A stretch of 64,000 nucleotides of DNA from Azolla caroliniana (GCA_043228905.1 JBHGNT010000009.1:18476001-18540000); one strand, 5' to 3'. Numbered from the stretch's first letter, positions 24,643 to 37,171 are shown. Program-made: numbers and translations. The notes: generated by a model from the sequence alone, not told the origin.

Positions 24643-25987
24643 CAAATACGTATATATGTGACCACATATGCCTATATTAAACATATCGTTATATTAAATA
24701 GCCACAAATGATGTGATCGAGATACGTAATCGAGGTATATACCTCTCCGCACACGAAACATCCACAAATAAGAGATCATCGTAATACGCAATTAAGGTAT
24801 TGACCTCTTACGCATACGAGACCAACCGCATATCGTTTACAACAAATCAAGGTATTAAACTCATACGCAAACGTAACATATGTTCGTGAAAGTAATACGT
24901 AATTGAGGTATTAACCTCGTACGCATACGACACTCATCACATATTATTAATATGTCAAACGAGGTATTGACCTCGTGCACATATGTAAACGTTTTAGATA
25001 ATCAATTAAAGACCACTACAACATCATTGACTTAATGAAAAAAATTACATATAAACTAAACACATGATTAGATGGGAGAAGAGAGAATAGAAAGAAAAAT
25101 TATGGAAAGAGTTACCGAAGTTCTTTGTTGATCGTTGTCTGGATCAAGGCCAACTGCACAACGATCGATCAGCATCAATCAAAAGACAAATGAAAAACAA
25201 AGAAACATTAGTACAAAGCTCTGATACCAAATATTATAGATCTAGGTACTAAAGTAAGCTTAAGATAAGGATAAAGAAATGAAAGATAGAAAGGAGAAAG
25301 AGAAAAAAGGGTGCCGATCCACCCGACCACCCCCGAGCGAAGGGATCGAGACGGACTCGAGCCTCAATCGGCGTCCCATACCACCGCCGTGGCGTCGAGT
25401 CGTACCTGGTGCTGGCGCGCTCGCTACAAGAGTTGACCCACCACACGAGCAGAGTCTCGATGTAGTCAAAAGATGATCAAATGAGGGTAGCTAGGCCTCT
25501 TATTTATAGCGATACCCAAGGCCCCCAGGCAAGTTCACACTTGACCTAATGGGTTGTCTCAATCCCGAGGATTAAAAGTAATCCTCCCCTTCTTTACACT
25601 CTCGTTTAACCCTCACACTTATCCACGTGTATAGAATACTACGATAAATTCTTACCACGGGATATTATATGGTCATGCCCGTAACAACATAGGTAGTGCT
25701 CACCCGACAAAAGTAGATAGATAATGTTTATTTGGGGTGTGTGTGTGTGTGTGTGGTCAATGAGTTGGAGAGATTTAACTTCCACGTCAGACCGACCGGA
25801 ATCTATGGGCATATCACATGTTGAGGATCAAACTTGGGTTCTCTCAAATTATACTAGAGCCTCGACGAGGGGGGCATTTGTCTTGACCTCTATTACTGTC
25901 ATCCACCTTACTACCGTTGATTGTAGCTTTATATTAACACTTGTTTGCCCGTGGAACTGACTAGATGCTTTGAGAATAAACATCTAG

Positions 25988-26005
25988 TTCCTAGCAATGG
26001 TGCCA
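25988..26005 (-). other. Possible decayed tRNA-Asp-type PBS (Athila/Tat-like remnant)
   Basis: The minus strand reads TGGCACCATTGCTAGGAA, similar to TGGCGCCGTTGCCGGGGA. No coding support. Confidence 0.3.
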
Positions 26006-27694
26006 AAAGATGTGTGATCGATCATTAAGGTGTTCTTGCGTGAAGTGCATTTCTTCTTGGGTAGGATTATGTGACATATGAGGTTGTGTTGGGGGGATTG
26101 AGTTGAGCAAGAACATGTACATATATGTGTCTATTGTTTCTTAAGCATGCTAATGAAGTGCTAAAGACTTTAGCAAACTTTGGACCAACCTTTCAAACTC
26201 TAACAACACTTAATTAAGAAGATAAGAATCAACTTCTTAAACTTAGTATAAGCACTTTAATTAGTTAAAAAGATGATTACATTAAAGGGATGGAATCGCA
26301 ATATGTACATACTTCTATAAATAACCTACATACATACAAAGTTGAGCCTTAAATATATTTGTCTGGCTTCATGACTGTTTCTTCTGATGCGTGATTCCTT
26401 TTGGGTTTATATATACTGCAAGATTTTCCGTTCCAGATTTTCTGATTTAGGCGTAAGCCTGCTTTCTCGTCCATTTCTTTATCTTTTTCAAGAAAGATCA
26501 TCCTAAATCTGTACCTCTGCCATAAAGACAAATCACGGTTACTTTCTCTTACGATGGGATGTTAGCCAAGTTTATATAGCTCAATCGTTTTCTGTGTGTG
26601 CCATGCGTAGGTAGGCATCACTTTGAATCCCTGCAAAGTATTTGCTTATTATGCCCATTGATTTTCTTGATTTATTGGTCGAGTTTGGATTAAATTAGTT
26701 TCTTTCTCCAGCTATAATAGGTTGCTTCTGCCGTCTCTGAGATTCTTGTGAACCGAACGAGATATAGATGCAGTTTATCTTCCTTCTCCTTCTTCTTCTA
26801 ATGAATCATTTACATTGCTCTCTGCTCTTGGTAGGGAGATATAATGGACATCTTAACGACATCCACTTGAAGCTTGAGAGAGAGAATTCATGGAGCTTCG
26901 CCATGGCCATGAATCCAAGCTCGTGCAGAGAATCTACACCAAAACCTCTCATCTATTTGTGTGATTCCATTACCCTAAAGTTTGGTTCCCTACTTTTTCC
27001 CCCACAAACCCTAACGTGTAGAATATGCGTGGAAAATTAGTAATATGTGTCGATTCAAATCCAACCCCCAATATAATTTGTTCAAATATAAATTGATTGA
27101 AATGTTCAAATATAAATTAGGAAACATGATTTGTACAGAGGGACATGATTATCTCCATGCCTCCATCATTACAGAAAACCTTAATTGCAATTGGCATCGG
27201 AATCATGTGATTTATACAGAGGGGCATACAAATATCCACATGCCTCCATCATTACACAAAGGCGTAACATAAATTGATTGAAATCATCCACGGTAAATAG
27301 AAATGAACAAAACATATTGCAATGAAGCCTACTTCACAGCCTTACAGCATGACATGAATCAGTTGGTAGCTTCCAGAGTAAAAACATATAAAGAGACAAA
27401 TCAAAGGTGAATTAGGAATATATTGTTCAAATTTGGATTCAAACGAGGCATAATACACAGCCTTCATATTAAGGCTTCTCTACCTTTGAACACATAATTA
27501 ACACTAAAAAATGGATCAAAAAATACCATTGGTTTTGGTCGTTATTTAGGGCAACACCATCAGTTTTGCCGGTTAATTAATTGAAAGCTAATTAATCCAT
27601 TTGGCTAAACATGAATCAAATAATGATCCATCGGGCATATCGTCCACTTCCAGTAATTTATTATGTTACGTTATTGTTATTATTGTTCAATTTT

Positions 27695-28218
27695 CTTAGC
27701 CTCTCCTATCTGCGAGGTGCACCAGTCTTAATTTGTCCCTGCTATTATTTTGCAGTTAAAATTAGTGAGAACGAATAAAATAAGACTCACACTAACTTCA
27801 TTAGATTGAACATATTTCGAACAATTAGAAAACTGAGTTCTGAGCATACCGTGCACAAACCCAGAGCCAAATCAGCAGCAATAAAAGTATCCATGTCTGT
27901 GACAAGTCATCACAGTTCCCCAACCAGCCTGCTTCTACATCTTTACCCCCTCTCTATGCTCTCAGATACTGAACCTATTTTGGTTCACCTACACATATAG
28001 CTTACATTTCAGTTATAAATAGGAATCGAAATCCCACTAAATTCTTGCGTATCTAGCAAAAAATTGCCAAACATTGAGCCAAAATCCACCAAATTCTTTG
28101 CAAATCTAACTATATATAATGTTCGAGAAAACTGTCATAAACTTGAGCGACCATTGTAACCTTCAAAAGAAGTCCATTGCATGATGATTCCTTGATTGCC
28201 TTAAGTACTCTCTGCCCA

Positions 28219-28275
<57 letters not shown>

Positions 28276-28596
28276 GAAGGTTTATAAAGTGTCTTTTAGA
28301 AACTAATAAGGTGTCTTATGTATTTAACGTGTGTGAACATTAGAATATATTGAAACAATTAAGAGCTTGTCTCTTGGGTTTCTCACACTTTTACCGCGTT
28401 GGGTTTGTGACCAAAAGATCAATCTCCAACAATCTCGACTTTTTCACCAATTTGTGCAGTGAACTTGCTGTAGTGATCCCAATCATCTTTGATCAAATTG
28501 GGTCTTCAATTGACCCGATGGGATACTGCTCAATGAAGGACTTAGAACAGATCAATTCAATTGATCTCCAGTTATATTTTGGCTGCCATTACTGTT
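27695..28596 (-). pseudogene. ENO: Enolase 3'-half fragment with introns (4 exons), frameshifted
   Basis: Exons translate to SFIEQYPIGSIEDP..DDWDHYSKFTAQIGEKVEIVGD..LLVTNPTR, KAIKESSCNGLLLK, VNQIGSVSESIE..KQAGWG..DTFI..DLALGLCT and GQIKTGAP. GT/AG borders are mostly retained. Confidence 0.92.
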
Positions 28597-28708
28597 CTAA
28601 GCATAAAAGAAAACATAATACAACTTCAGTTATATTTTGGTTTTCAGTGAAGAGAGAAGTGATATATAAGAGTTATTCTGAGAGAGAAACCAAACCCTGG
28701 AAGGAAAA

Positions 28709-28771
<63 letters not shown>

Positions 28772-29247
28772 GAAGGAGAAGCCCTAGAGGAGGTTTTGCT
28801 TTAATTCATTGTAGCAGGAGAAGGAAGGCGCAATGGAGTGAGTCTCAAAGTTTTCAGTTCAGAGAAGGGGATGGTGTTGGGTGTCTCAGAAACCCTAATT
28901 AATTATAATTAGGTTTATTAAATTAATTAGGACGCGCCTGCCAGAAGCAAATGCCCAACCTTCTCTTCTGCTCTGCCAAATGAGAAAAGAAAGGACAACA
29001 CACAGAAAGAAAGGTTTCCATTTCCATCAATAAATTATGGGCAGCCATCCCATCGCATTTCATTTGTCCCACATACAAAGGCATACACGTAGAATGGGGG
29101 CAGGCATGAAGAAGAAGGAGAAGCCCACAATCATATATGTATATGTATATGTAAGTAATGGACACACAAACTTTGGGCCTAAATGTCACGATACATGTGG
29201 AAATGGGCAGCTATATGTCCCACATACAAATGGCATCTATCCTATAT

Positions 29248-29288
29248 GTCCCACATACAATGGCATATGGCCACGAACCCTATAAATA
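29248..29288 (+). promoter_or_regulatory. USE-like GTCCCACATAC, 22-bp spacer, TATAAATA (copy 1)
   Basis: The same spacing occurs at 38082/38115, 40872/40905 and 46987/47020. Resembles the plant snRNA USE RTCCCACATCG. Confidence 0.55.
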
Positions 29289-29309
29289 GGGACTAGGGGG
29301 CCACTTGTG

Positions 29310-29549
29310 CTACACATACAAAAATCATGGCTAAGAACAAAGTGCTCTTAGCTATGAAAAAGGCCATGGCTTGCATTGAGCAAGATGTGGCTTATTGCCT
29401 CTTACTCCTCTCCGTCCTCTCCGCCTTCAGAAAAGTGGAGCAAGAAAGAAGGGAAGAAAGGAGTAAGAATAAGGCCAAAATATGGCCTCTCCCATAAATC
29501 GGGAGTGGCCATAACTGGTATAACGCCCATCAGGTGTCCAGGGGACACC
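29310..29549 (+). ncRNA. Candidate structured RNA (six consecutive hairpins) or 56-aa sORF 29327-29497, copy 1
   Basis: Stems ATGGCTAAGA/TCTTAGCTAT, AGGCCA..CTTGC/GCAAG..TGGCTT, TCTTACTCCT/AGGAGTAAGA, TATGGCC.CTCCC/GGGAG.GGCCATA, CTGGT/ATCAG and GGTGTCC/GGACACC, downstream of a TATA box. Confidence 0.45.
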
Positions 29550-30014
29550 ACCCCCCCCCCAAAACCCAAAACCCAAGGAGGAGTAAAAATATGGCCCCTA
29601 CCATAAATCGAGAGTGTCCATAATTGGTATAACGCCCATCGGACACCCCCCCCCCCCCAAACCCTAATCCATTGTCCTTGTCATGCATTCCCAATATATC
29701 GGGTTGTTTCAACCAAGCCTAACCCACCATGTCATCTATGTTGAATTGCTCCTCAAATCCAAACATACTTACATGAAATTTATTTCACTATGACCCTATT
29801 CATTATAATTTGACCTAAAAACATGAAGATAAACACTACTATTATTAGAACGATCGTAACGAGGCGACAATCCTCCCCGATGAATATACCTTCCAATTCC
29901 ACAATCTCTTTGATTCCCCTCATTCAAATTCTTGGCACAATCCTTCGTCTCACAAAGAAGGGTGGAACAAGGCCCCCAAAAACTGCCCCCCAACCACGAC
30001 AAACAAAAGTTATT

Positions 30015-30100
30015 GGGCTTGGATGGAATACGACAAATTCTGGCTCAAGTGGTGTAAACTCGGGGACATTGATTTTGAGCACACCATTCTCCATGGTTGT
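30015..30100 (-). pseudogene. Possible small heat-shock protein (alpha-crystallin) C-terminal fragment; again at ~41616-41700
   Basis: MENGVLKINVPEF and MENGVLTINVPEF resemble the sHSP motif MENGVLTVTVPK. Confidence 0.45.
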
Positions 30101-31789
30101 GACCCTCAAACTCATTTAATAATAAGTGTATGCATATACCCATATGTAATGTATGTATATATATATCATGCATGCATGCATGAATGTATGTATGTATGTA
30201 TGTATGTATGTATGTATGTATGTATGTATGCATTTATCATGCAGGTAACTTGCGAGAAATGTATAAAAGAGTCATACTAAAATGTCCACCAAGAAAAGTC
30301 AACATATGTGTGTGTGTGTGTGTGTCATTATTTTCACATAGGGAGTTTTTAGTGCAGAGTAACTCCCTTTCTTAAGACAAGACGCTATGCTTGTTGATTT
30401 GGTTCTGTAGGTCAAAATTGGCCTCGTCATAGATGATAAAGCATCTATTCTATTCTTCTACTCCCCCCAAAATGAATGTCTATATAGGTTCGACCATGCC
30501 AGGCTTGGCATCACTTGACACTTATGTTTGTACTCGATCTCTCATATGCATGTACATATTTTTCCGTTGTTTATCTTCAAACCACGAAAAAAATCCTCAC
30601 ACTACTATCTCACCCTAATATGAATACAACTACTGCCTTATCAAAAGTAATAAAGTGAAAATGGGAGAATGTGTTTAGATTGGAGGTTGTTTACAATATG
30701 TGCCATTTACAATATGCCAATATTGTTTTCCTACCCAACAAATCTTCTTTTTGTTCATATGCAACTATTGCTAGAGTGGGAGTAGATAATTTGCCTTTTA
30801 GGCTGAAGCAATATCATGTTCTTCATGTGGTTTAATTCTCCACCAATAGCATTGGCTAAACATAGAAGAATGTGATGGGGGGTTGTGTCTCAAGTGATTA
30901 TGATTCTCAAAGGGGTCGAACTATTACGTTAGTCTATTCAAACATATTTGCATTATTCCAATATTGTTCATCTTCATGGCAATCAAGGTAAGAGTGCCAC
31001 AAAGACTTTTCAAATTTCAAGTTGTCATCGTGGATAGACATACCAACATTTTGTTGTATTATCATTCAACCCTTGTTACAGTTGAAGCTTTGTGGGCATG
31101 AGAGTCTTGGCACACCTTGCACTTGGCTAACCATGTGGTCATGCACATGTGTTTGTTGGCAATAAATAATAGTAGTTTTGCCCCTTGCGTTGAACCTAAG
31201 AAATTGATGTGTGCACCCTAAATTGAACCCATGTCCTCTAAATATTTATCAATGTCTATTATGGCTAAGTTACCTCATTAAATGTAGTTAGAATTGGGGA
31301 GGTTGGGAGCTAATAGGCCCCCAAAGATAGCACAGTTGCGTAAGAGACTTTGGGTTTTTCTTGTCGATTTTCATTCCAGGCTGGTATATTCTTATCTGTA
31401 GTACTTGAGGGTTGTAGACGAGCCCAAGTGTAATGGGAATGAGGATGGATCTCTTCTTGAGCTCACATCATGGGATCCTTCTCTACCAATCACAAGTTTT
31501 GGAGATTTGTGCTAGAGAGACAAGTAACTTAATTCTGAGGGGGAGCCCTCATTAAAGGCACATGCACACAAGCATTCATAGAAATTACAATAGTTAACGA
31601 TACATACACATAAATGCATACATACATAAACACAAATACATATATGGGGTGAATATTACACATATGGATCCATACAAAAAAAGGGTAAATATAATTGCTA
31701 TAGTGTGAAAGCGTAAAGACGATTGTTTTTGTAAATGCTTATGTATGGCTTAGTTATGAATGTATACATGTAAAATATGTGTGTGTATG

Positions 31790-32742
31790 TATAAGTATCA
31801 CACAATACATATACGTAGAAGAAGAAGGACAAGCTCACAATGATATATATATGTAATGGACAGACAATCTTTGGGCCCACACACAATACATGTAGAAATG
31901 GGCAGACATAACTGGTATAATGCCCATCAGGTGTCCAGGGGACACCACCCATCTTCTTCTGTACCCCGTCCAGTATGTACATATTTGTCCTCCCATCTTC
32001 CTGTTTCTTTGACCTCTGATGATTTAGTTTTTGGTGGTAGTACATATTTGTCTGGCTTCATGACTGTTTCTTCTGATGCGTGATTCCTTTGAGTTTATAT
32101 ATACTACAAAACTCCCAAAGCTTCTTTTCCATTCCAGATTTGTCCACTTCTTATCGTTTTTTGAAAGATTAAGAAATGGACAAATCTGGAACGGGTTACC
32201 TTCTCTTACAATGGGATGTTGTCAAGTTTTTAAGCTCAATTGTTTCTGATTGTCATGCGTAGTAGGCATTACTTTGAATCCCTGCATAATATTTGCTTAT
32301 TATGCCCATTGATTTCTTGGTCGAGTTTGGGTTAAATTAGTTTCTTTCTCCTGTTGTTTGTTTTGCCATCTCTGAGATGCAGTTTAGCGAACACTAATGA
32401 AAGTATTACCCTAAAGGCTCTTTACCCCCTCCAATATGCAAGGTGCACCAATTTTAATTTGTCCCTGCTATTATTTGGCAGTTAGAATTAGTTAAAATGA
32501 ATAAAATAACACTCACACAAACCCACAGCCAAATCAGCAATAAAAGTATACACTCCCACTCCTGTGACTAGTCATCATAGTTACCCAACCAGCCCGCAAC
32601 AACATCTTTACCGCCTCTATGCTCTCAGATACTGAGCTTATTTTGGCTATGAAAAGGAATCGAAATCCCACTAAATTCTTGCATATCTAGCAAAAAGTTG
32701 CCAAAACATTGAGCCAAAATCCACCAAATTCTTTGCAAATCC

Positions 32743-32785
<43 letters not shown>

Positions 32786-32845
32786 GTTCAAGAAAACTGT
32801 CATAAACTTGAGCCGCAATTACCTTCAAAAGAAGAGCATTGCTTT
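31790..32845. repeat. Mosaic module, rearranged copy D (part of promoter region, last two hairpins 31911-31947, three enolase exons 32430-32842)
   Basis: Direct similarity to 26355-26770, 27700-28180 and 29100-29550. Confidence 0.85.
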
Positions 32846-35800
32846 TGTCGGCTTGGACCAACATGGAAGCTCCCCCTTCTTATGAATGTCCCTCGATTGT
32901 TTTCGCTTTCTTGTCGAATTTGGGAGCTATTTTCATAGGTCGGACCTCGTTTACCTAGTCCTTGGTTGAATCGGCCTCTTCTTGCTCGACCGCGTCCTCT
33001 TCCACCGTCTGAGTGTTTGTATAGCATGTGGCCTTCAATGTCCCATTCAGAAAGACGACGAACGAACTTGCATCAAAATTGTCTTGCATGTACCGATCAT
33101 AATGAAGAATTTGGTCTCGGTCAGCCAAATTGTTGAGCAAGGCATGCAAGTTCGATTCAACCATGGTGGTTGTTTCATCAAGAAGGAAGGCCGACTCATC
33201 GCTTGTGGTTGAAGGGAAGGCCAAATGTTTATCCTTGAGCCGAATGAGGTGAAATTGGCCATGTTTGCAAAGGGCGTCAAAGCCGATACACACATAGAGT
33301 TATGGCACAAGAGAATTGGCCACATCAATCTCAATAAACTCAAGGTGATGCAATCGAAAGGAGTCATCATCGGGCTCTCGACCTTCAAAGAGAAAGAGAT
33401 TGAAGGCGTATGTGCAGCTTACCAATTCGGCAAGCAACACTGGAACTCGTTCCCGAAAGAGAGGAACGTGAGCAAAGGCATACTGGATGTAATTCATTCC
33501 AACGTAGGGGGACTGGCTCAGACGACAACATTCGGAGGATGTCGATACTATGTCACCTTTATCGACGACTTCTCCAGGCACACATGGATCTTCTCCATGC
33601 GATAGAAGAGTGAAGTGTTAAGACACTTCCAAAAATTTAAGAATGAAGTCGAGAAAGCCATAGGTCAGCATGTTCGATGTCTTCGGTCAGATGGAGGTAA
33701 GGAATACTTCTCCCATGCATTTACGATATACCTTCGATAGGAAGGAATCAAGCGACAATTTTCGTGTCGACATACACCACAATACAATGGAGTGGCCGAA
33801 CGCAAATATCGGCACATCCTTGAAGTAGCACGAGCCATGCTCAACGGGAAGCACATGCCGAAGTCATATTGGGCCGAAGCAGCAAATACTGTCGTCTACC
33901 TCATGAACTAGTGCACAACATCCCATGTAAGGATATTCGGCTCACTTGCATATGTGCATATTCCCGACGAAATGCGGCAAAAGCTAGATCCCAAGTCGGA
34001 GAAGTGTATTCCCTGGAGCAAAAGGGGCACAAGTGCTTCAAACCCTCTACTCGGAATGTTTGTATAAGTTGGGATGTCATCTTTGATGAATCAACATCGT
34101 GGTACGAACTGGAGCCGACTCCTCTCGAATCATTTCCAGTCGACCCGAACTTGGCCAACCAAGAGATAGAAGACGAAGATCAATTGAGGCATATGTTCGA
34201 AGAAAGTCCGATCATGACCAAGGTCAGTTGGCCACAAGAGACCCCAAACGACCAAAGCACATATCGGCCAAATCCGAAGATGGACAAATGCAAGGCCAAA
34301 ATGCCAGAATATGAAGATAATCAATTTGACAGCAATGAATCAGCTCACTCACTCAACAGTGAGCTTGATGACTTTGATGCGCCTCTTATGAGGTCATCCA
34401 GAGTTAAGAAAGCACTCACATTGGCAAATGAAAAACTCCAACGCTCCACCCGTGAGAAGAATCCAGTTAGCCGATTCGACTACACGGACTATATGGCATA
34501 CCACTATGCCTTTATGATGAAGGTGGCAGCCAAGGCTCCACTATGGGTGGAAGCAATGAACGAGGAGATGCGAGCACTATGCAAGAACGAGACGTGGGAT
34601 CTCGTTCCCCACTCACCACACAAAAAGGTGATCGGCTACAGATGGATTTACAAGGTGAAGTATAATGTTGACGGCTCCACCAACCACCACAAAGCCCAAC
34701 TCGTAGCAAAAGGATACGCACAAACACATGGAGTCGACTATGAAGAGACCTTTGCCCCGATGACAAAGATGACAACTATGCGGACCGTGATTGCACTTGC
34801 AGCGACGAAAGGGTGGCATCTCCATCAAATGGACGTCAAGAACGCCTTTCTTCAAAGCGAATTAGAAGAGGAGGTGTATATGGTACAACCATCTAGCTTT
34901 GAATCAAGCACCCATCCGAAAGTAGTCTGCCAACTAAAGAAGCCACTCTACGTCCTTAAGCAAGCACCACGTGCTTGGTGTTCGAAGATAACACAATATA
35001 TTTATTGAATCGGCTTCAGAATGTCTAAATCCGACAACTCTCTCTATGTTAGAAGCGATTCTGGAAGTTTGATTGTCATCATCCTATACATGGATGATCT
35101 GGTCATTGGAGGTAAAAGTTTAGTCGACATGAACAAGGTCAAGTTCCTCCTCTCCGACAAATTCGAGATGACGGACATGAAGGAGCTCCATTACTTCCTA
35201 GGTATTGAAGTAATTCGGACTCCATCCAACATTATGATCTCTCAACGACAGTACATCCTCAACTTGTTATACAAGTTCGAGATGACTAAGTGCAAATCTG
35301 TGGCAACCCCTCTCAATCGAAACCTCAAACTGGATGCTAACTCCGGCATGGAAGAATGCGAGCCGACTCAGTATTGACAATTGATCGGGAGCTTCATCTA
35401 TCTCACAATCACTCGACCCTACCTCAACTACCCGGTCGATCTCCTTAGTCAATTCATGCAAACTCCACGAGATATTCATTTGGATTGTGCTAAGCGAGTA
35501 TTACGGTATGTGAGCAACACATTGGACTGTGGCATTCTCTACAAATTGGCCACACCAATTCGACTCGAAGGGTACACAAATATCGACCGATGATCGACCT
35601 CCGGATTTGTTTTCTCCCTCGGTAATGGAGCAATATCCTCTAGTAGTAAGAAGCAGTCGGTTGTTGCACTTTCGAGCACATAGGCCGAATACAGGGGCGC
35701 AACTATGGCTGCATGTGAAGCCGTATGGCTCAAGAGGATTTTGAAGGATCTGGGTGTTCCCATCAAGAATCTGACTCCCCTTTAATGCGACAACATGAGC

Positions 35801-36214
35801 AATATTTATTTGGCTCGAAACCTAGTGTTCCACGTGCGCATGAAGCATATTGAAGTGCACTATCACTTCATCCGAGAGTATTGAGCTTGAGGGGGTGTGC
35901 TGATCAAGCTCAACCCAGTCTAGTGTGTGAACACATCCTTTGAGAATCTATGAGCACTCAAAGGTCAAAAGTTACCACTACTCTCTACACATTAACTATA
36001 TGTCATAGAATCATATTCTATGACACATAACTAATGAGTTTCCACATTCCCCATGACAAATGAGCTTCGATAGTTAATGAAGAGAGAGGGTGACTATATA
36101 AAGCACCCTCCTCCTACTTTGTAATGTGTCGATTAATCTCCTTTGTAATATACATCTTCTTGAGTATTATATTTTCCATTCTATCTATCTTGTGTCTCTC
36201 TCCTCTCCTCTTCT

Positions 36215-36247
<33 letters not shown>

Positions 36248-36314
36248 CACATCTCTGACCTATTCCGTTGCACAGAATCACCATCGATTCTTTACATTTC
36301 TCAACGACATTACA
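32846..36314 (+). mobile_element. Degenerate Copia (integrase-RT-RNase H, PPT, 3' LTR ~35898-36314) with an inverted gag piece at 32846-33025
   Basis: Motifs LWHKRIGH, FIDDFSR, QMDVKNAFL and YMDDL; PPT TGAGGGGGTG; LTR TG...CA. Confidence 0.92.
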
Positions 36315-37050
36315 TTCTGAACTTGTTGTATAAGTTCGGCATGACCGAATGCAAATTTGTGGCAACCCCTCTCTATTGAAACCTAAAGCTTGGTGCTGAC
36401 TCTAGCACCACCGAGTCCGAACTAACACGATATCATCTGCTTCACCATCACACGACTCAACCTTAGCTAACCGGTCGGTCTCCTTAGCCAATTCATGCTG
36501 ACACCTCACAATATTCATCTGGACTATGTTAAGAGATTGTTACGATATGTAAGTGGTACGATGAATTATGACATCCTCTACAAATCGGCAATGTCGATTC
36601 GACTCAAAGGGTACACAGATGCCGACTAGGCTGGCTACAAAGCCGACAAACGATCAACCTCCAGGTTTGTCTTCTCCCTCAAGCAATATCCTAGAGCAGT
36701 AAGAAGGAGCAAACAGTCGCGTTGTTGAGCATAGAGGCCAAATACAGGCATGCGACCGTTGTTTCTTGTAAAGTCATATGGCTGAAAATGTTCTCAAGGC
36801 TCTAGATGTCTCAATCAAAGATCCAATCCTGTTGTATTGTGATAACCTCATCAACATACATTTTGCTCGAAACCCGATTTTCCACGCTTGGGACAAAGCA
36901 CATCGGGGTGCATTATCACATTATCCGAGACCGTGTCCTGGCTGGAGATGTCAACCTGCAACATATCGATACGAGCTTTCAAACGACCAACATCTTCACG
37001 AAGACCCTGGGAGCCAACAAGTTGTGGTAGTTGATGATGAACCCGTCAAC
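36315..37050 (+). mobile_element. Further Copia RT/RNase H fragment
   Basis: ILNLLYKFGMTECK, LLYCDN and TKHIGVHYHIIRDRV. Confidence 0.88.
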
Positions 37051-37068
37051 AAACTTGACCTGCCAACA

Positions 37069-37171
37069 AACTCGATACATTGTATCAAGTTGCAGCCTCA
37101 TGTGCCTCAACTCGATACATTGTATCGAGTTGGGTCTCTTTCTCTCCTAACTCGATACAATGTATTGAGTT
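37069..37171. repeat. Three 23-bp palindromes (AACTCGATACA-W-TGTATCGAGTT consensus) at an exact 40-bp period
   Basis: Centres at 37080, 37120 and 37160; the two 17-bp spacers differ. Confidence 0.9.

Larger units (their letters stand above)
16825..25686 (-). mobile_element. Ty3/Gypsy chromovirus with both LTRs (16825-17279, 25232-25686), TSD ACATA, internally deleted, carrying a nested element
   Basis: 455-bp LTRs with about 6 differences. ACATA at 16820-16824 and 25687-25691. PBS at 25218-25229, PPT at ~17280-17291. gag at 19662-20459; RT-RNaseH-integrase-chromodomain at 17266-19677. Confidence 0.97.
26350..30120. repeat. Mosaic module, copy A (gene fragments, divergent promoter, hairpin unit)
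   Basis: Blocks recur at 31790-32845, 37845-38510, 39545-41722 and 44597-47741. Confidence 0.9.

Noticed and set aside
27695-28596. Functional enolase gene
   Set aside because: The 5' half is absent, and all copies have multiple frameshifts and stops.
28350-28787. Repeated plus-strand ORF family (TKRSISNNLDFF..., also 39678 and 45909)
   Set aside because: Antisense shadow of the enolase exon plus a GA microsatellite.
29310-29549. Telomerase RNA, U3, U6, 7SL, MRP or hammerhead ribozyme identity for the hairpin unit
   Set aside because: No telomeric template inside the structured region, no recognisable conserved boxes of those RNAs, and no CUGAUGA/GAAA core.
37069-37171. CRISPR-like mini-array
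   Set aside because: Only three repeats with 17-bp spacers and no leader or cas genes. Reported as phased palindromes instead.
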